A DNA stretch of 63,803 bases, counting the filler, from Choristocarpus tenellus KU-1152 (taxonomy: Eukaryota; Protista; Phaeophyceae), in assembly GCA_964200185.2 (NCBI GenBank). It is 15 parts of 15 records of this genome, joined end to end, with 100 filler letters (N's around TTAATTAATTAA, not from the genome) between each part and the next. Parts side by side here need not be neighbours in the genome. Positions count along the whole stretch, not along the records: positions 1 to 2,812 come from CAXNAD020024537.1; positions 2,913 to 8,772 come from CAXNAD020009569.1; positions 8,873 to 13,789 come from CAXNAD020012543.1; 12 more parts are not named here. One strand, 5' to 3'. Made by a program: the position numbers and the translations under genes. The notes under the pieces were generated by a model that saw only the letters and a list, made by a program, of their open reading frames with translations, was not told where the DNA came from and made no database searches. Position 1 is the stretch's first letter. Every line of letters begins with the position of its first letter. Shown in pieces: positions 1 through 12,334 of this stretch.

Positions 1-144
1 GGTGTCCATTTGGACCAAAATGAGGAAAAGTGCATTTACATTATACATCTGACATATGAAACCAAATCACCCAAAAATCGTGACATGAAAAAATTGACCC
101 CAAATGGACAGCCGCCATCCCCCCCACCCCAGATATTTTGAGTC
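1..144. mobile_element. MITE family A (G/C-run subterminus), truncated copy
   Basis: Ends in CCCCAGATATTTTGAGTC and carries inverted TGTCCATTTGG/CCAAATGGACA motifs. Related truncated copies lie at 8873-8911, 13726-13789, 20410-20462, 34944-35056, 57787-57877 and 57978-58003, all at contig ends. Confidence 0.75.
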
Positions 145-2304
145 ATCGGTGAATTGCAAAATATTGAAAACTGACTTGAAATGCACAACAGCCGTAACCT
201 GGGCATATCTCGTTTACATTGACTCCATATTGGTACTGGAACTTGTGGTGGTAGTAGTAGTGTTACTACTAATGAACCAAGGCAAAGTTATGTCGAAAGT
301 ATTAGGTGATAAATTGTTATTGAAAAAACAAAAGGGATATAGGATGCGTAGAAATAAATGTTAAAACATAAGCTACTCATTTGATCTGTTTTTATACGAT
401 ACATTATCGTCAGTCCATACTACTGTTGATTTGTTCATTGTAATGGTCGCTATTCTCACTTACCTCATTAGCTCCTCATCACAACACCAGCAGCCACCTT
501 CAGAACCCTAAAGTACATAAGAAGCATAAGAACAGTCGCTTCCTATCACACATACAGGCATACCATGCGTCACACCAGTTCCCTCAGATATTGATTCAAG
601 TTGATCTCCTTGTTTCTTTGTTTTTTCCCTTTCTTATTCACAAAAGTTGTCAGGTGGATATCATGTGTTAATTATTTTCTTGACTGGCATTGCCCCCTCA
701 TGATTCATCATGCTCACACTGCAATACTTGTAGCAGACACGCCGCGATGCAATATAACCAGAGTTTAAACCATCCTTGAAACCCTTCTCAGCTATGGTGA
801 CACGCCTCTTCACAGAGCACAAATTTCTTCATTTGAGCGTCTCAATGAATGATCACACATTTCATATCAACCGTAGTCTGATTGAGTAAAACATGCCTTC
901 AGATGAACCAGACCAAACCCGCAGGTGTCTAGTTGCACTGTGACATATACCTGTCTCTAAACGTGTTAATCACAGCACAACCAAACACACTTCCACATCA
1001 ATAATTGTCTGCTTGAGTAAAACAAGCCATCAGACCTACCAGAAGATACACCGATTTCAGCAATAAATGTGGACATATTCATTGATGTAGTAAGTGTCCT
1101 GTTTTGAGGAAGAGATCGATCACATATCTTTGAACAGTCAATGATCAAAACCAGTCAACGCACGACATGGAGCATGTATGTATGTATATATGTATGTATG
1201 CATGTGTGGTAAATCTTCAATCTTCCAACTCTCCTTGATACACTCTTCCACACCACCTTAGCTTATCCACCAGCACTACGAACTTCAACATTGACTTTGC
1301 CCTCAACAGCATTGCCACAGTTACTTCCACCAAACGCACATACTTCTTAATCATCATTTCTCTACATGTCATTCCACCAATACCCTCTTGCCAACAATCA
1401 CCTTTCATAAATCTTCACCTTCCACATTGTTGTCCTTTACACTTTTATATATCACCTTTGCTATTTGTCAGCTCTACTATATTTATCAGTCGCTTTCATC
1501 TCACCATTATTGCCATACCTGCTTGCACAAACCGTACATTTGAACCGATTTTCCTTTCACCAAACGACAAAACTTCAACATCAACATCTTCCATATTTTT
1601 TCTTCAATCCAACTTCCCTACTACACGCGCTCCCCCTTTCTTTCCTTCTCATCCTCATCCCCAATCACATTTCGTCCCCATTCCTCCCTCCAGTGCCGAC
1701 AACGATCCACATCGCATTACATTACCTCTACCCAGACATAAACTTCACAAATAGCCCATCAACATTTTATAAACACCTCATAATGTAGTCTCCAAAAACT
1801 ATGATGTTCAACAAGGAAACTCTGAACGATACGAACAAATTTTTGTGGCATCGTATACACATTCTTACAACAAAATTCAACCGTTACGAAAATATACGTA
1901 AGAATGAACATGTTCACATTTTTTAACATTATTTGTTGGCAGTCGCCTCCTGCATCAACTTTGTCATGCCATAACTTTTGATGAAAATTTTTTTCATGAA
2001 AATTCGTTTGTTGTAATCGCATCAGCATGCTTAACCTTATTTGATGGGTCTCAGTTGGTCAACTTGCAGTATCATGTTAAATACAGGACTATACTTAAAT
2101 CAAGTGATCCGCGCGCTATTTTCGCGCGGGGGTGCCACGTGGCGCTCGCGAAACGCGCATTAAGGGATGATTTTGACCTGGAGAACATGGGCGTTGTTGT
2201 CTCTCCAATCTCTTTCCATTATTTCCCGCTTATGCGATGTTATCACCTGCTGACTAAGGCGCACTAATGGGGGCCCAGGTCTGAACCAGACAATCCACGC
2301 CAAG

Positions 2305-2604
2305 TCAAATGAGGTATTCTGAAGGTGCAGGCCTCCTGTGAGACTTAAATGTCTTGTACTCCCTGTCCAATTTGGTGCACTCCATGCCTTTCTCGTTAGA
2401 ATATATCAGGTGGTAAGCAATACTCATCCTGAAGAACCTCTCCACTTTTACTCTCGACTGCCCCCATTCCTCCTTAAGACTGACAAGAATGTTGGCTCTC
2501 ATTCCAGGCAAGTTGTAGTCACAGTGGCCTCGTACATATTGCTTCGCCCGCCCCCAGACCATCTCTATCAGGTTCAATTCACAGTGGTACTTTGGAAGTA
2601 TCAA
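2305..2604 (-). pseudogene. IS630/Tc1/mariner (DDE_3-like) transposase C-terminal fragment
   Basis: LPKYHCELNLIEMVWGRAKQYVRGHCDY matches the PKxHxELNPIExxWxxxK motif around the catalytic E. No upstream part is seen in frame. Confidence 0.75.
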
Positions 2605-2757
2605 ACAATGCCCTCTAAGACGCTCAATCAGAATCGTGTCCTGTGAGTGGCTTAAACAGTATTAAGCCGAGGTTAGCCCAAGTACCGTTTTGGCGGTAAC
2701 CAATCTTGACTTTTCTGAAAAGGTTGCCCAACGATTTAATCGATGATCAGCATATTT

Positions 2758-2812
2758 TATTATTATGCCCTCTGACATTTTGCAGATGTGTCAGGGGGGA
2801 AACCAATGACAC
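2758..2812 (-). repeat. Short dispersed stem-loop + (TAA)n tail repeat, copy 1
   Basis: Reverse complement of the 33004 copy; CTGACA...TGTCAG hairpin next to (TAT)n. Confidence 0.65.
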
Positions 2813-2912
2813 NNNNNNNNNNNNNNNNNNNNNNNNNNNNNNNNNNNNNNNNNNNNTTAATTAATTAANNNNNNNNNNNNNNNNNNNNNNNNNNNNNNNN
2901 NNNNNNNNNNNN
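2813..2912. other. Artificial contig linker (44 N + TTAATTAATTAA + 44 N); first of 14
   Basis: The same 100-nt spacer, with stops in all six frames, also occurs at 8773-8872, 13790-13889, 16609-16708, 20463-20562, 24146-24245, 30607-30706, 34844-34943, 44830-44929, 47483-47582, 51277-51376, 55196-55295, 57878-57977 and 60682-60781. Confidence 0.98.
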
Positions 2913-3068
2913 GGTGTGGCACGGTGGATGGTCCGGGAAGCAGGTGCCAAGGTGTGTTTGTTACAAGCGTGGTAAGGGGGGGGGTAGTCGGGGGAGGGAG
3001 TGCGGTTTGAGGTTGAACATGACCGGAGTGTTTTGTTGATGTAATTGGAGTGTGCATGACAGGGTGAA

Positions 3069-3105
<37 letters not shown>

Positions 3106-3542
3106 GAGGTGTAGGTTTTTGTTGATTGTGTGTGTAGCGTCAAGCGTTGAGATTGTGTGTGTGTGTGTGTGTTTTTGGCAGTTGGGTAGGGTAGGTGGTA
3201 GGAGGGACAGGGTAGATAACTGCGAAGGAAGTATTTGATGGTAAAAATAAAATGTATGCATGTCAATGATTAGCATTTGTTGTGTATGTATTTTGTGTAT
3301 GTATGTCAATGATTACCATTTTTCCGCTGTACCTGTAGACATCACATGCAGTTGATTGCCTTGGCAGCAATCGCCAATTCTCCCGATACTGATACTGGTG
3401 GGTGCCGTCACCCCCTCCCCCCCCCCCTCCTCCTGTGGTGTGTATTATGTTGTATATTGTAGGTGAAGCAAGNNNNNNNNNNAAAAAATTTATTTTTTTT
3501 CCTGGTCAACCATCCCCCACTTTCCCCCAACTGTATTTGGGG

Positions 3543-3575
<33 letters not shown>

Positions 3576-3983
3576 GACATTGTTTCTAGTGGTGTGGCAC
3601 CACCTGAACCAGCGTGGGGGTCAAGGTGGAAAGGGGAAGAGATGTTGATTTTGGAGTGCAAGAAGTGTCGGAGGTGTAACGGAGGGGGGGATTAGATTTG
3701 ATTTAGCAGTTGCATGGGAAGCTCTAGCTATTACCTTTACCTGTTCGCCCTGTAACTGCCAGATTGTTCCCTATCTTCTGCGGTGCTTGGCTGTCTAAAC
3801 TCTCCTGAATGCGCGTGATGCTCAGCCCAACCAGAAGAGGGTTGGACGTTCGACACGACGAGGTCTCTTTTGGTTTATTTCTATATATATATATATATTT
3901 TTTTTTAAATTGAAGTTTATTTATTTGTTAATATTTTTTTCATTAAAAAAGAACAAAACAAATTTGAACAACGACGACCGCAG

Positions 3984-5787
3984 GTGAACATGCCAGATGC
4001 CACAATGCAGTCTCCCTTGCACAGGGTATGCTTCCGTTCAAGAAGGGGAAGCGGGCCCTTGGACGACCAACTGCTCCTGTGGTTGGTGAGACTGAGAGTT
4101 CGGTTGTCTTTTTGAGTAGGTTGGGTGTGCACATGTTGCACTTGTGTGTATGTATTTGACTCGAAGGTGACTGTTTTGCAGCTGTGAGCTGTTTGTCTGT
4201 TTGTCTGTTGCCTTCGCCTGCCTGTGACCATTGAACAGTCCTGCTTGCTTGTGCAAAAGTGGCCAACCATGGTTTGTTGTGTAAAGAGATTTCAAAGAGA
4301 TTTCAAAACGTTGTGAAGAGTGTAGTAACGGTGGTCCTTGGTGATTCCTTGATCTGGACTGACCTGACGTAGCTAGACCTACGTCCTATTCGAGAGATGG
4401 TTTTGACGTTTGTGGTCTCTTTCAAGTGAAGCAGGCTTTCAAATTCCCCTCAGAGTATACAATAGCCCTCCCGCCTTCTTTTCATGTGTGTATCTGCCAC
4501 TGGGGGAGCGAGCAAAAGTATCTTAGGGTTAGGGTACGAGTTTTGCCCTGTTTGTCCGTTTGGGGCTTGCCTTCCCACGGGTTTTTTTTTTTACGCCCTT
4601 TATATCGTTTTTTTGTGTGAACACTCTAACCCCAACCCTACAATGTATACGGCTATGAAAAGGTGTGTCCGGAGAAAGGATATTAATGCTAACAATTACT
4701 ATCGCAAAAAACATGATTGCCAAAAGTGCATCGAATTCGATGCAACATTGGATTGGTGAGATACCAAACGGACGCGACCCTGCCCCTCTTCAAATGCTTT
4801 GGATCAGTGACTGGCATGAAGTTGCTGCGTATGAGTCTTAATTTATTCCCCACCTCTAAGCTTGTCTTCCCTCCTTAACCTGACTGACTTCCGCCATCGC
4901 CTTTGTCTGCTCCTCTCACCCCCGCTGTGCCACTCTTTATCAAATGCGTGTGGTGATACATTTGACAGATTACTGAGGCTGGGGCAGACCTTGATGCTGT
5001 CGACCGCCTGGGCAACAAGGTTGAGGATCTGACATCTCCGAGGGGTCTAACGAAGCCAGACCCCTCGTCAGCCTTGTCACAAGTGAGGAGAACCTTGCTT
5101 GTGACAGAAAAAGGGTCTGGGAAGGAAATTGTTGGAAATGCTTTGGCCTGTCTTGTGTGCTTATTTTCAAGCCTAGTTGGTTGCATCTTGAGACTCTTTG
5201 CGTATTCCATGCCATTACTCCCAGAAACAATAGTGACAAGGCACTATCAGGTCTCACGCCTGCTGATTGTGATCTCTCTGATTCTCAAATCCTCAACCCC
5301 TCGACTCCATATTTTTGCCTTCAATCCTTTTCATCCAAAAGTTTTCCTAGACTCTCTCTTCCTGAGGTTTTGTAGCAGATCCTACCTACCTATACCTAGT
5401 CAGGGTATGAAATATCATTTAAAAAAAAAAAAATAGAGATGAGAAAAGAAAAATCACTGTAAAGGAGCTCTCGACAGCATCTCAATATGTCGCTTTGTCT
5501 CATCCATTCATGTTTTTACTGACTGTCAAGTCACCCCAAACCCCCTGATTTCCAATGTCATGCGTGTACCTGAGTCCTCTGATAGTCCTCTGATAGTCCT
5601 CTGATAGTCCTCTGATCCCAGCCCGCTCCTGTCGACTATCTCAATTCTGAACTGGCACCACCATGGTGATACTGTCTGTGTAAAGATGATAAAGGCCACT
5701 CGTGAGAACAAGGGTGGAGAGGCCAAGGAGGAGCTAAGGAAGAGTAACCTAATCAAGAGTGCAAGCACCGGGGATGTCACAGTTCAG
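3984..5787 (+). CDS. Ankyrin-repeat protein, internal exons (partial)
   Basis: Phase-0 AG/GT-bounded exons 3984-4085, 4969-5082 and 5686-5787 join to VNMPDATMQSPLHRVC...LLLWL|ITEAGADLDAVDRLGNK...SQ|MIKAT...LIKSASTGDVTVQ, with ankyrin-like SPLH and GADLDAVD motifs. Confidence 0.6.
4510..4805. mobile_element. MITE family B copy with telomeric-repeat insertions
   Basis: GAGCAAAAGTATCTTAG...TGCTTTGGATC termini, flanks AGC/AGT, body homologous to the 12078 and 21956 copies. Confidence 0.8.
5573..5616. repeat. 11-bp tandem repeat (GTCCTCTGATA) x4
   Basis: Seen directly. Confidence 0.85.
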
Positions 5788-6870
5788 GTCATGCTTGGAG
5801 TTGGCTTGGGAATGTTCATTCTTGGAGTATTATTTTTTCGAATGTTATGTTGTGAAACTGTTCGTGTTGTGCTGTTTCATTTTTTTGGGGATGTTTTTGT
5901 TTGTTTGTTTGTTTGTTTGTTTGTTTCCATTTGTGATTAGGGTTTAGGGAAGTGCCCGATACGTGCTGAGATTGTGTTGTATCCTCACACCAAAGATCAT
6001 CGTCGGGATTGTGTTTATGGTGTTCTGAATAGAGTTGAAAATCAGCGATGATTAGAGCCGGTTGCCTCTGAATTGTCAGTCCACATCTTACTTCATTATT
6101 TATTTGGCGTTTGTGTGCACATTGTGAGAATGGGGGTATACCTTGGTATGGAAGATGAAAAACAAAAAACTGTATTCTGTCGTTGATGGTTTTTCAAGAG
6201 TGCTTTGAGACACTGCTCTCAAACTTCAGAGGCACAGCTCTGCCAACAAGCTTTGGATCTAAGAACATATTTAATAGCATATCTAAGAACATATCTAATG
6301 ACATTCCTAATATCATATCTAGTAACACATCTAACCTTAATCCTTAAACTGTGCTACTAACATGGGGAACACAATTAGCTCTCCCCCAAGCTGGGTGCCA
6401 AGCAGAACTACCACCAATCTCGTGGAAATCGTTCAGGGGGGGGGCCATCAGGAGGATCAGGTGTGTACATGTGTCCTATGTGGGGGGAGTGTCAGTGAAA
6501 GAGTAACAATTCTTGAAACACTTATGAGCAAATTTTGAATGCATGGTCTTATGTGGTGCGCTTGGTAGTTGAAGAGGATGTAAGGGAGCTATAAGGGTTC
6601 ATTTAGCTGCGTCATGATCGATGCTTGGGTTGTGATGCAGTACGTGGATGTTGCATAGGAGCTTGGTTTGGCTTGGTGCCTTTGGAGGAGAGATGGAAGC
6701 TACGCTTGAGACTTAAGCGACTTAATGGGGAAAGATGAGATGATGTTGCTGTCTGGACACATTGGCATTGTCCTGACCATGACCATCTCTTCTTGATAAG
6801 AGAGGGACTATTACATACACAATTGATAGATAGGGACACTGTCGATGGATTTCTATCGGGATCGAGTTGG

Positions 6871-6926
6871 GTGTTTGAATTGATGGTAGTGTTTGAATTA
6901 ATGGTAGTGTTTGAATTGATGGTAGT
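6871..6926. repeat. 18-bp tandem repeat (GTGTTTGAATTGATGGTA) x3
   Basis: Seen directly; gives the NSNTTI repeats in a spurious ORF. Confidence 0.8.
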
Positions 6927-7512
6927 GCTCACATGGTACAGGGGAGGAGGGAGACTAGGGTGAAGCTTATGTGTATGTTTTGCTCCTAGTCTCTCTTCTA
7001 CTGGTTGATTTCTAGGAGAAGTTACACGCTTTTTTGACCTATGCTAAGATGATGCAGCCTTGTTCATTCCCCCAACCCCCATCATTGTTCATCATTGTTC
7101 ATCCCCGTCTTTGGCACCCAACGCCCTTCATTCACCCCGCCCTTCAAGTATGGACATCTCCAAGTAACCAACCAATAAATAACTTATCGCGAAACCACTT
7201 CGCCCTCCCTTTCAGGGCTCAAATCTAGACCTCGATTAACTTTTTCTTTTTAATATAAAGAGAACTCACCCTCTTGATCAACCGGTGTCTTTATCTCGTT
7301 CTGTTCTTCTGCTAGTTTTTATTATTTTATTATGTTTATTATTTTATTATTTTTATTATTTTTATTATCGTCAAATGAGGGAACACAGGAACAGAACCCT
7401 AAGAGCTACAATACCCTCTCGATAACATCTCTACGGTGACACCCTGCTCTTACCTCTTCCGTATGCTCTCACTTCCCGCCTGACTTCAACCCCCCCCCCC
7501 CTCTTACCCCAG

Positions 7513-8675
7513 GCCCAAATAGAACCGCAAGCGCTGGATCTGTACTCCAATCTGAGAGTGACTCTGATAGCAATGGCCTGGGCATCACCTCGGGTGTGGG
7601 AGCAGGTGGGAGTGCAGGGTTAATCGGGCCAGGAAGGCTTAGGAAGACCTTGACAGGAAAGGGTAGTGGCTTGCTGGGGAGGAGCTCCAGCATAAAGGGT
7701 GGGAAGAACGGATCGTTGGGAGATTCGAGCGAACTGATTGTGGCTGGACAAAAGGAAGCAGAGAGTGGTTTCAGGGATGGTGACAGCAGCAGTGGGAATG
7801 ATGGGCTCTGGGGAAGGGCCAGGTTGCGTCCGCTGGTGCCTGCTAGCAATGGGGTTGTCAAGGGCCGTTCGAAGGAGCAGAGTGGTGGTGAATTGGACGA
7901 TGGGCACTCGAGGGGGGGGGGGGCAAAGGGGCGAGGAGGTGGGTTATGTCAAGGCTTTTGAGTTTTTTTTTTGTGATTTTGAGTATGGAATTGTTGTCCC
8001 TTCTGAACGAGGTGTTTCTATGTAGGGATTCGAGGGTTTTGTAGTATTGATGAGGGCCTTTTTGGAGTAAAGTCCAGAGATGGGGATCCCTCAACCAGCT
8101 GTAGGTGAGCCTTTTTTTCCCCTATCCCACCCTGCTCGGCACTTCATAGCTCCACCCTTGTAGTGATGATTAATTTTGATGAATAGTAGTGGCATTCAAT
8201 GTTTTGCTGTTGAACTAATGACTAAGTCTCACCATGTTGGATCCCCCCCAAATACTGCACCAAAACCAGTACAACATTTTCAGCACTATGGTGGTAGCAC
8301 GTAATCAAATAGAGTAGACAAGAGTTACAATTGCCCCCCCTCCCACCCCCCCCAGGAATTGTAACACCGATATTCAACAAGTGCTATCTAGCCTTCCCAT
8401 CCCCTTCTAGAAACCACCTCCCCTTCCCCTCTCTGTCGCACCTCCCAAACTGCCTGCCCCTGCCATGACCGTATCACCTCCGTATCCTCTAAAACTCTCC
8501 CCACTGCAATGGATATGCAGTTGCTTTCCCAAAGGGCCCTAGGGCGAAGAAGTCACCAAGGAGGTCATCCAATGGATTGGGCTCTGTTCAAGAGGTTGGT
8601 TCCGGGTATGGGTCTGGTTCGGAGGGATTCATGGAGGATATGTTGGCCAAGTTTGGTGGTGGGAAGCTTCGAGAG
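7513..8675 (+). CDS. Gly/Ser-rich low-complexity exons, possibly part of the ankyrin-repeat gene
   Basis: Exons 7513-7938 (cag|...G|gtgggt) and 8521-8675 (cag|...GAG|gtgagg) are phase-compatible and open. No recognisable domain. Confidence 0.45.
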
Positions 8676-8981
8676 GTGAGGATAGCCCCTGCCCCCCCCC
8701 CCTCCTCTCCCTGGAGACATCCCCCAGTGCCCCCCTTACCACATGTGTTACCTTTTTTTGTCTTTTTGTGTGNNNNNNNNNNNNNNNNNNNNNNNNNNNN
8801 NNNNNNNNNNNNNNNNTTAATTAATTAANNNNNNNNNNNNNNNNNNNNNNNNNNNNNNNNNNNNNNNNNNNNCTGGTGTTCCCCCCCCCCTCCCCCCAGA
8901 TACTATGAGCGACTTGAGGGTGCAATCAACAATTCCGACACCAAATGCTAGACGACCTAAAGAGTCTTAAAGTCTTCATAC

Positions 8982-10989
8982 CTGAATATGTTCTTGTCTC
9001 CACGGGATCCGTAGCAACCAGACTCCGCGTCCAACTGGCCTCCACAAGTGTTTCCTTCGATGACGTTGTGCTCAGTGCCCTCCTTAAACTCCACACACTC
9101 ATTACCGTTAGTGAGGATGACGTTGTTGCGCACTAAGTTGAAGTTGCTGCCGTCTGGACCGCTATCCGGATTCTTGCCATCTTCCCACTGCATGATATAT
9201 ACGTTTTGAACATTTTGGGAAGGGAAAGGTGCAGATAAAGTAAGTGTCGAGGTCTAGAAAAGGGGACTATCTAAGTACAAGAAATATGAGTCGTGCCCAT
9301 CTAATATTGTCCAATATTGTGTTGCTTAACAGCAAGGAGAGGATGTCGCAATAAACTGTGTTCTTGTGACTACTGGTACAAACTACAACACCATGTAGCA
9401 GTTACATACACGGTTTCGCATAGTAGGTAGGACAAGTGTTACACGGTGTAATGAGTCAGAGATAGTGGTGTCATCTGACTCAGCACAGTACAGTCACGAG
9501 TGGTTGAGAGTGTATCCCATTTTATGGTGTCGTATCTCTCAACATGGTCCATGCTCAGAGTAACGAGTCCCATATTTTGCGAGCTTTCATCGGGGTATCT
9601 ATCTCAGGGGGAGATAGCACAATTTGTGGTATGAAGTTATTGCGAAGGACCCGCACAAGCCCTGGATCAACCCACCACCACAGACTCTGGTGCAACATCT
9701 ACGCCACCTTATATTCGCTGTGGCATTCACCTGCTCACTGGAAGTTCCGATGTAAAACCCCTCTCCATTCTTGCCCTGACCTGGGTTGAAGATGAAGTCG
9801 TCAACCCCACAGTCCTGGACATCATTATCTTGTATATCCGCATGTGTCACGAAGTAACGAAGGCGGACACACTCGCCTCTGAGACATAATGCGTTCAAGA
9901 GGCGCGTAGGAAGGTTTGTTTCGAAGAGAGCGTCTTAGCAGGTAGGGTAACGACAGGAACCTGAACATGAAGAGATAGATCATAATTTGGATTGTGTCCG
10001 GGATTAGGCGAGAGAGCACGATCGACAGCCATATGCTCATCATATTCAATGCTAAGAAACGTTCTCACATAGAAGGTGCCAATATCCCTTAGCAAGATCG
10101 TAAAGGCAACTACACTCTGCCGCCTGATTCCTCAGTGCCACTTCGGTACCGACTACTCACTGGCAGTTCTTGATGGATAAGTTAGAAAGGACCAGCCCGT
10201 TGATACTGGAAAGAAACTCGTGACCCATGTAGTTGATCGTCTTAGCTTTTTCCTGTCCATGCACGTAGATGCACTTGTCGGCGTAAAACTCCAGACTGTC
10301 ACCTGAGCCCATCTTTCCATCCACAGTAAAACCCTAGATGTACCACGAGTAAAGCAACAAATAATTTGTTGACGCAAGGGTAGGGAAGGATAGAGTGGAG
10401 GGAGTCGAGCCAAAGATTTGAACTCTAGAGTACAAGGAAGAATGATTGGGAGTATAGTATGTCGTCCTTTGATACGGTAAGGATATGGGCAAATTGAGTA
10501 GAGCAAGTTCGATACAGTGGAATATTGACATGCAAACAGGGACAAGAGACCACACAATTAGGCCAGGAAACCTCACGATATTCAGAAAGGTGCTCCAAAG
10601 CATACAGTATGGCCAAGAGCAAACAGGTTACAAAGATGAATTATTGGTGTGTGGCTGACTTGTAACACTATGATAACCCTTCTTACCCTGAGGTGAATAT
10701 AGCTGTGCTTGATGGTAATTACCCTCTCGTCGTCGGGATTGGTACCGCTGACGACAGCTTCCCTAGACCCAGTGATGGTGATCGGAGCGCTCTCTGTGCC
10801 ACTGCTGGATGAAGCGATGCCTCCGTCGTACACGCCATTTCCGAGCTCAACTACATCACCGGCTTTGGCCATGGCCATAGCTTCCTGCAACGAGGGGGAG
10901 CCACTTGGAGTAACCTTGTATGTTGTCCCGGCAGTTCCCGTGATCGCGAGGGTAGAAAGTGCAACTACTATTGCGAACGATCGAGTCAT
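8982..10989 (-). CDS. Secreted right-handed parallel beta-helix (pectin lyase-like) protein, EsV-1-164/FirrV-1-B30-like; 3' end off contig
   Basis: Four phase-compatible GT-AG exons: 10989-10687, 10333-10161, 9878-9731 and 9187-8982. Signal peptide MTRSFAIVVALSTLAITG; motifs SLQEAMAMAKAGDVVELGNGVY, PITITG, GECVRLRYF, GKNGEGFYIGTS, NECVEFKEGT. The viral family assignment is from recall only. Confidence 0.85.
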
Positions 10990-12077
10990 TTTGTCTTCAC
11001 GTCCAGGGTCTGAAAGCAGTGTACTTGCTCTAGCCAGCAATGTCTTGAGTAGTCAACAGTTTGGTAAAGAGTGTGATGGTGGGTTATGAGGCTTCGCTCG
11101 TTATAGGGTGAGTAAGTTGTACGATCAGTACCCTTGATGTCCTTCAGTGCCGTTACCATCACTGGACACATAAAGCTCCCGACTCAAGGGGTACGGAACA
11201 GAGTGGGAGGTCGAACGGTATTCACGATCTCGCAATCGGCATCATAATAGAGGATTGGTGAAGGGGGTGAATGACAAACCATCGATATTGAATTCATAAA
11301 ATCTAGTTTTTCACTTGCACTCTTTAGGGCCCCCTATTTTACTGTTTGCATCTAGGGCTCTGCAGTGAAGGTGATTGAGCGGTAGTTGAGACAATTCAGG
11401 TGAACGGCGTATTGTGTAACCGTTGCTAGATGACACGTTGTGATAGGAGAGAAATCACCTTTTAAGTGTTTGAGTACCGTTGTTTTGAAAGGGCACATAA
11501 TTGTTTGAAGGTGATAACTTTTTTTTCTTGTTTTGTTATTGTTGATAATTACAATATTGTTGTAGTGGGATAGTGGGAATGATATTAGTGTAACTCTATT
11601 CTTCAAAGTAAATTATGGACACGAGGTGGTAGATACTTCCAACTATCATCAGACTCCCTACCCCCTCCCCATACCTTCCATGTACAGTCCAAGAAATACT
11701 TGATCGTTTAAAAATAGTACATAATAATTATAACAGAGGGGAATGTTGACCCCAGCACAACCCAACCCTTCTGGCCCATCGTACATTCGAAAGGGGTGTT
11801 GTTTGGCTATTTAGGGTCCGTGTGACTGCCTTCTGGTAGATGTGCTTCTATGTATTTAGAGGGCGATATTATGCTTATATAGACGAACATTAGTGTTATT
11901 TTCTACAGTCGCTATCTCCTAACCCTTACGATATCAGGCGGCATGAGAATGAGATCTAAGGTGAACGGTTGAAAAACACAAAATTATCAAAAGTTCCTAA
12001 ATTGGCCCCAGACTAAGGTTCGCTACTAATGTAACCCTCATCCCTGCTACCCAGGCACGCCCCCATTCTGTGGCTTT

Positions 12078-12334
12078 GAGTCAAAGCATTGAAGAGGATA
12101 GGGCCGTGTCTGTTCAGGATCATAAATCCAATATTGCGATTTTGATTAATTTTAACTATTGTGTTTATTAGCAATTGTCGATATCCTTGTTCTGGACACA
12201 CCTTTCATAGTCGTACACATTTTAGGTAACTGTGCTCACACAGAAAAACGAAAAAGGGCATAAGAAAAAGTGGGAAGCCAAGCCGCGAATGGACAAACAG
12301 GGCAAAACTCCTACCCTCTTAAATGCTTTGGGTC
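12078..12334. mobile_element. MITE family B, complete, TSD TTT
   Basis: TTT|GAGTCAAAGCATT...AATGCTTTGGGTC|TTT. Confidence 0.85.

Noticed and set aside
2857-2868. Recurring TTAATTAATTAA palindrome between N runs
   Set aside because: Artificial six-frame-stop linker; ORFs ending in X...LIN are artefacts.
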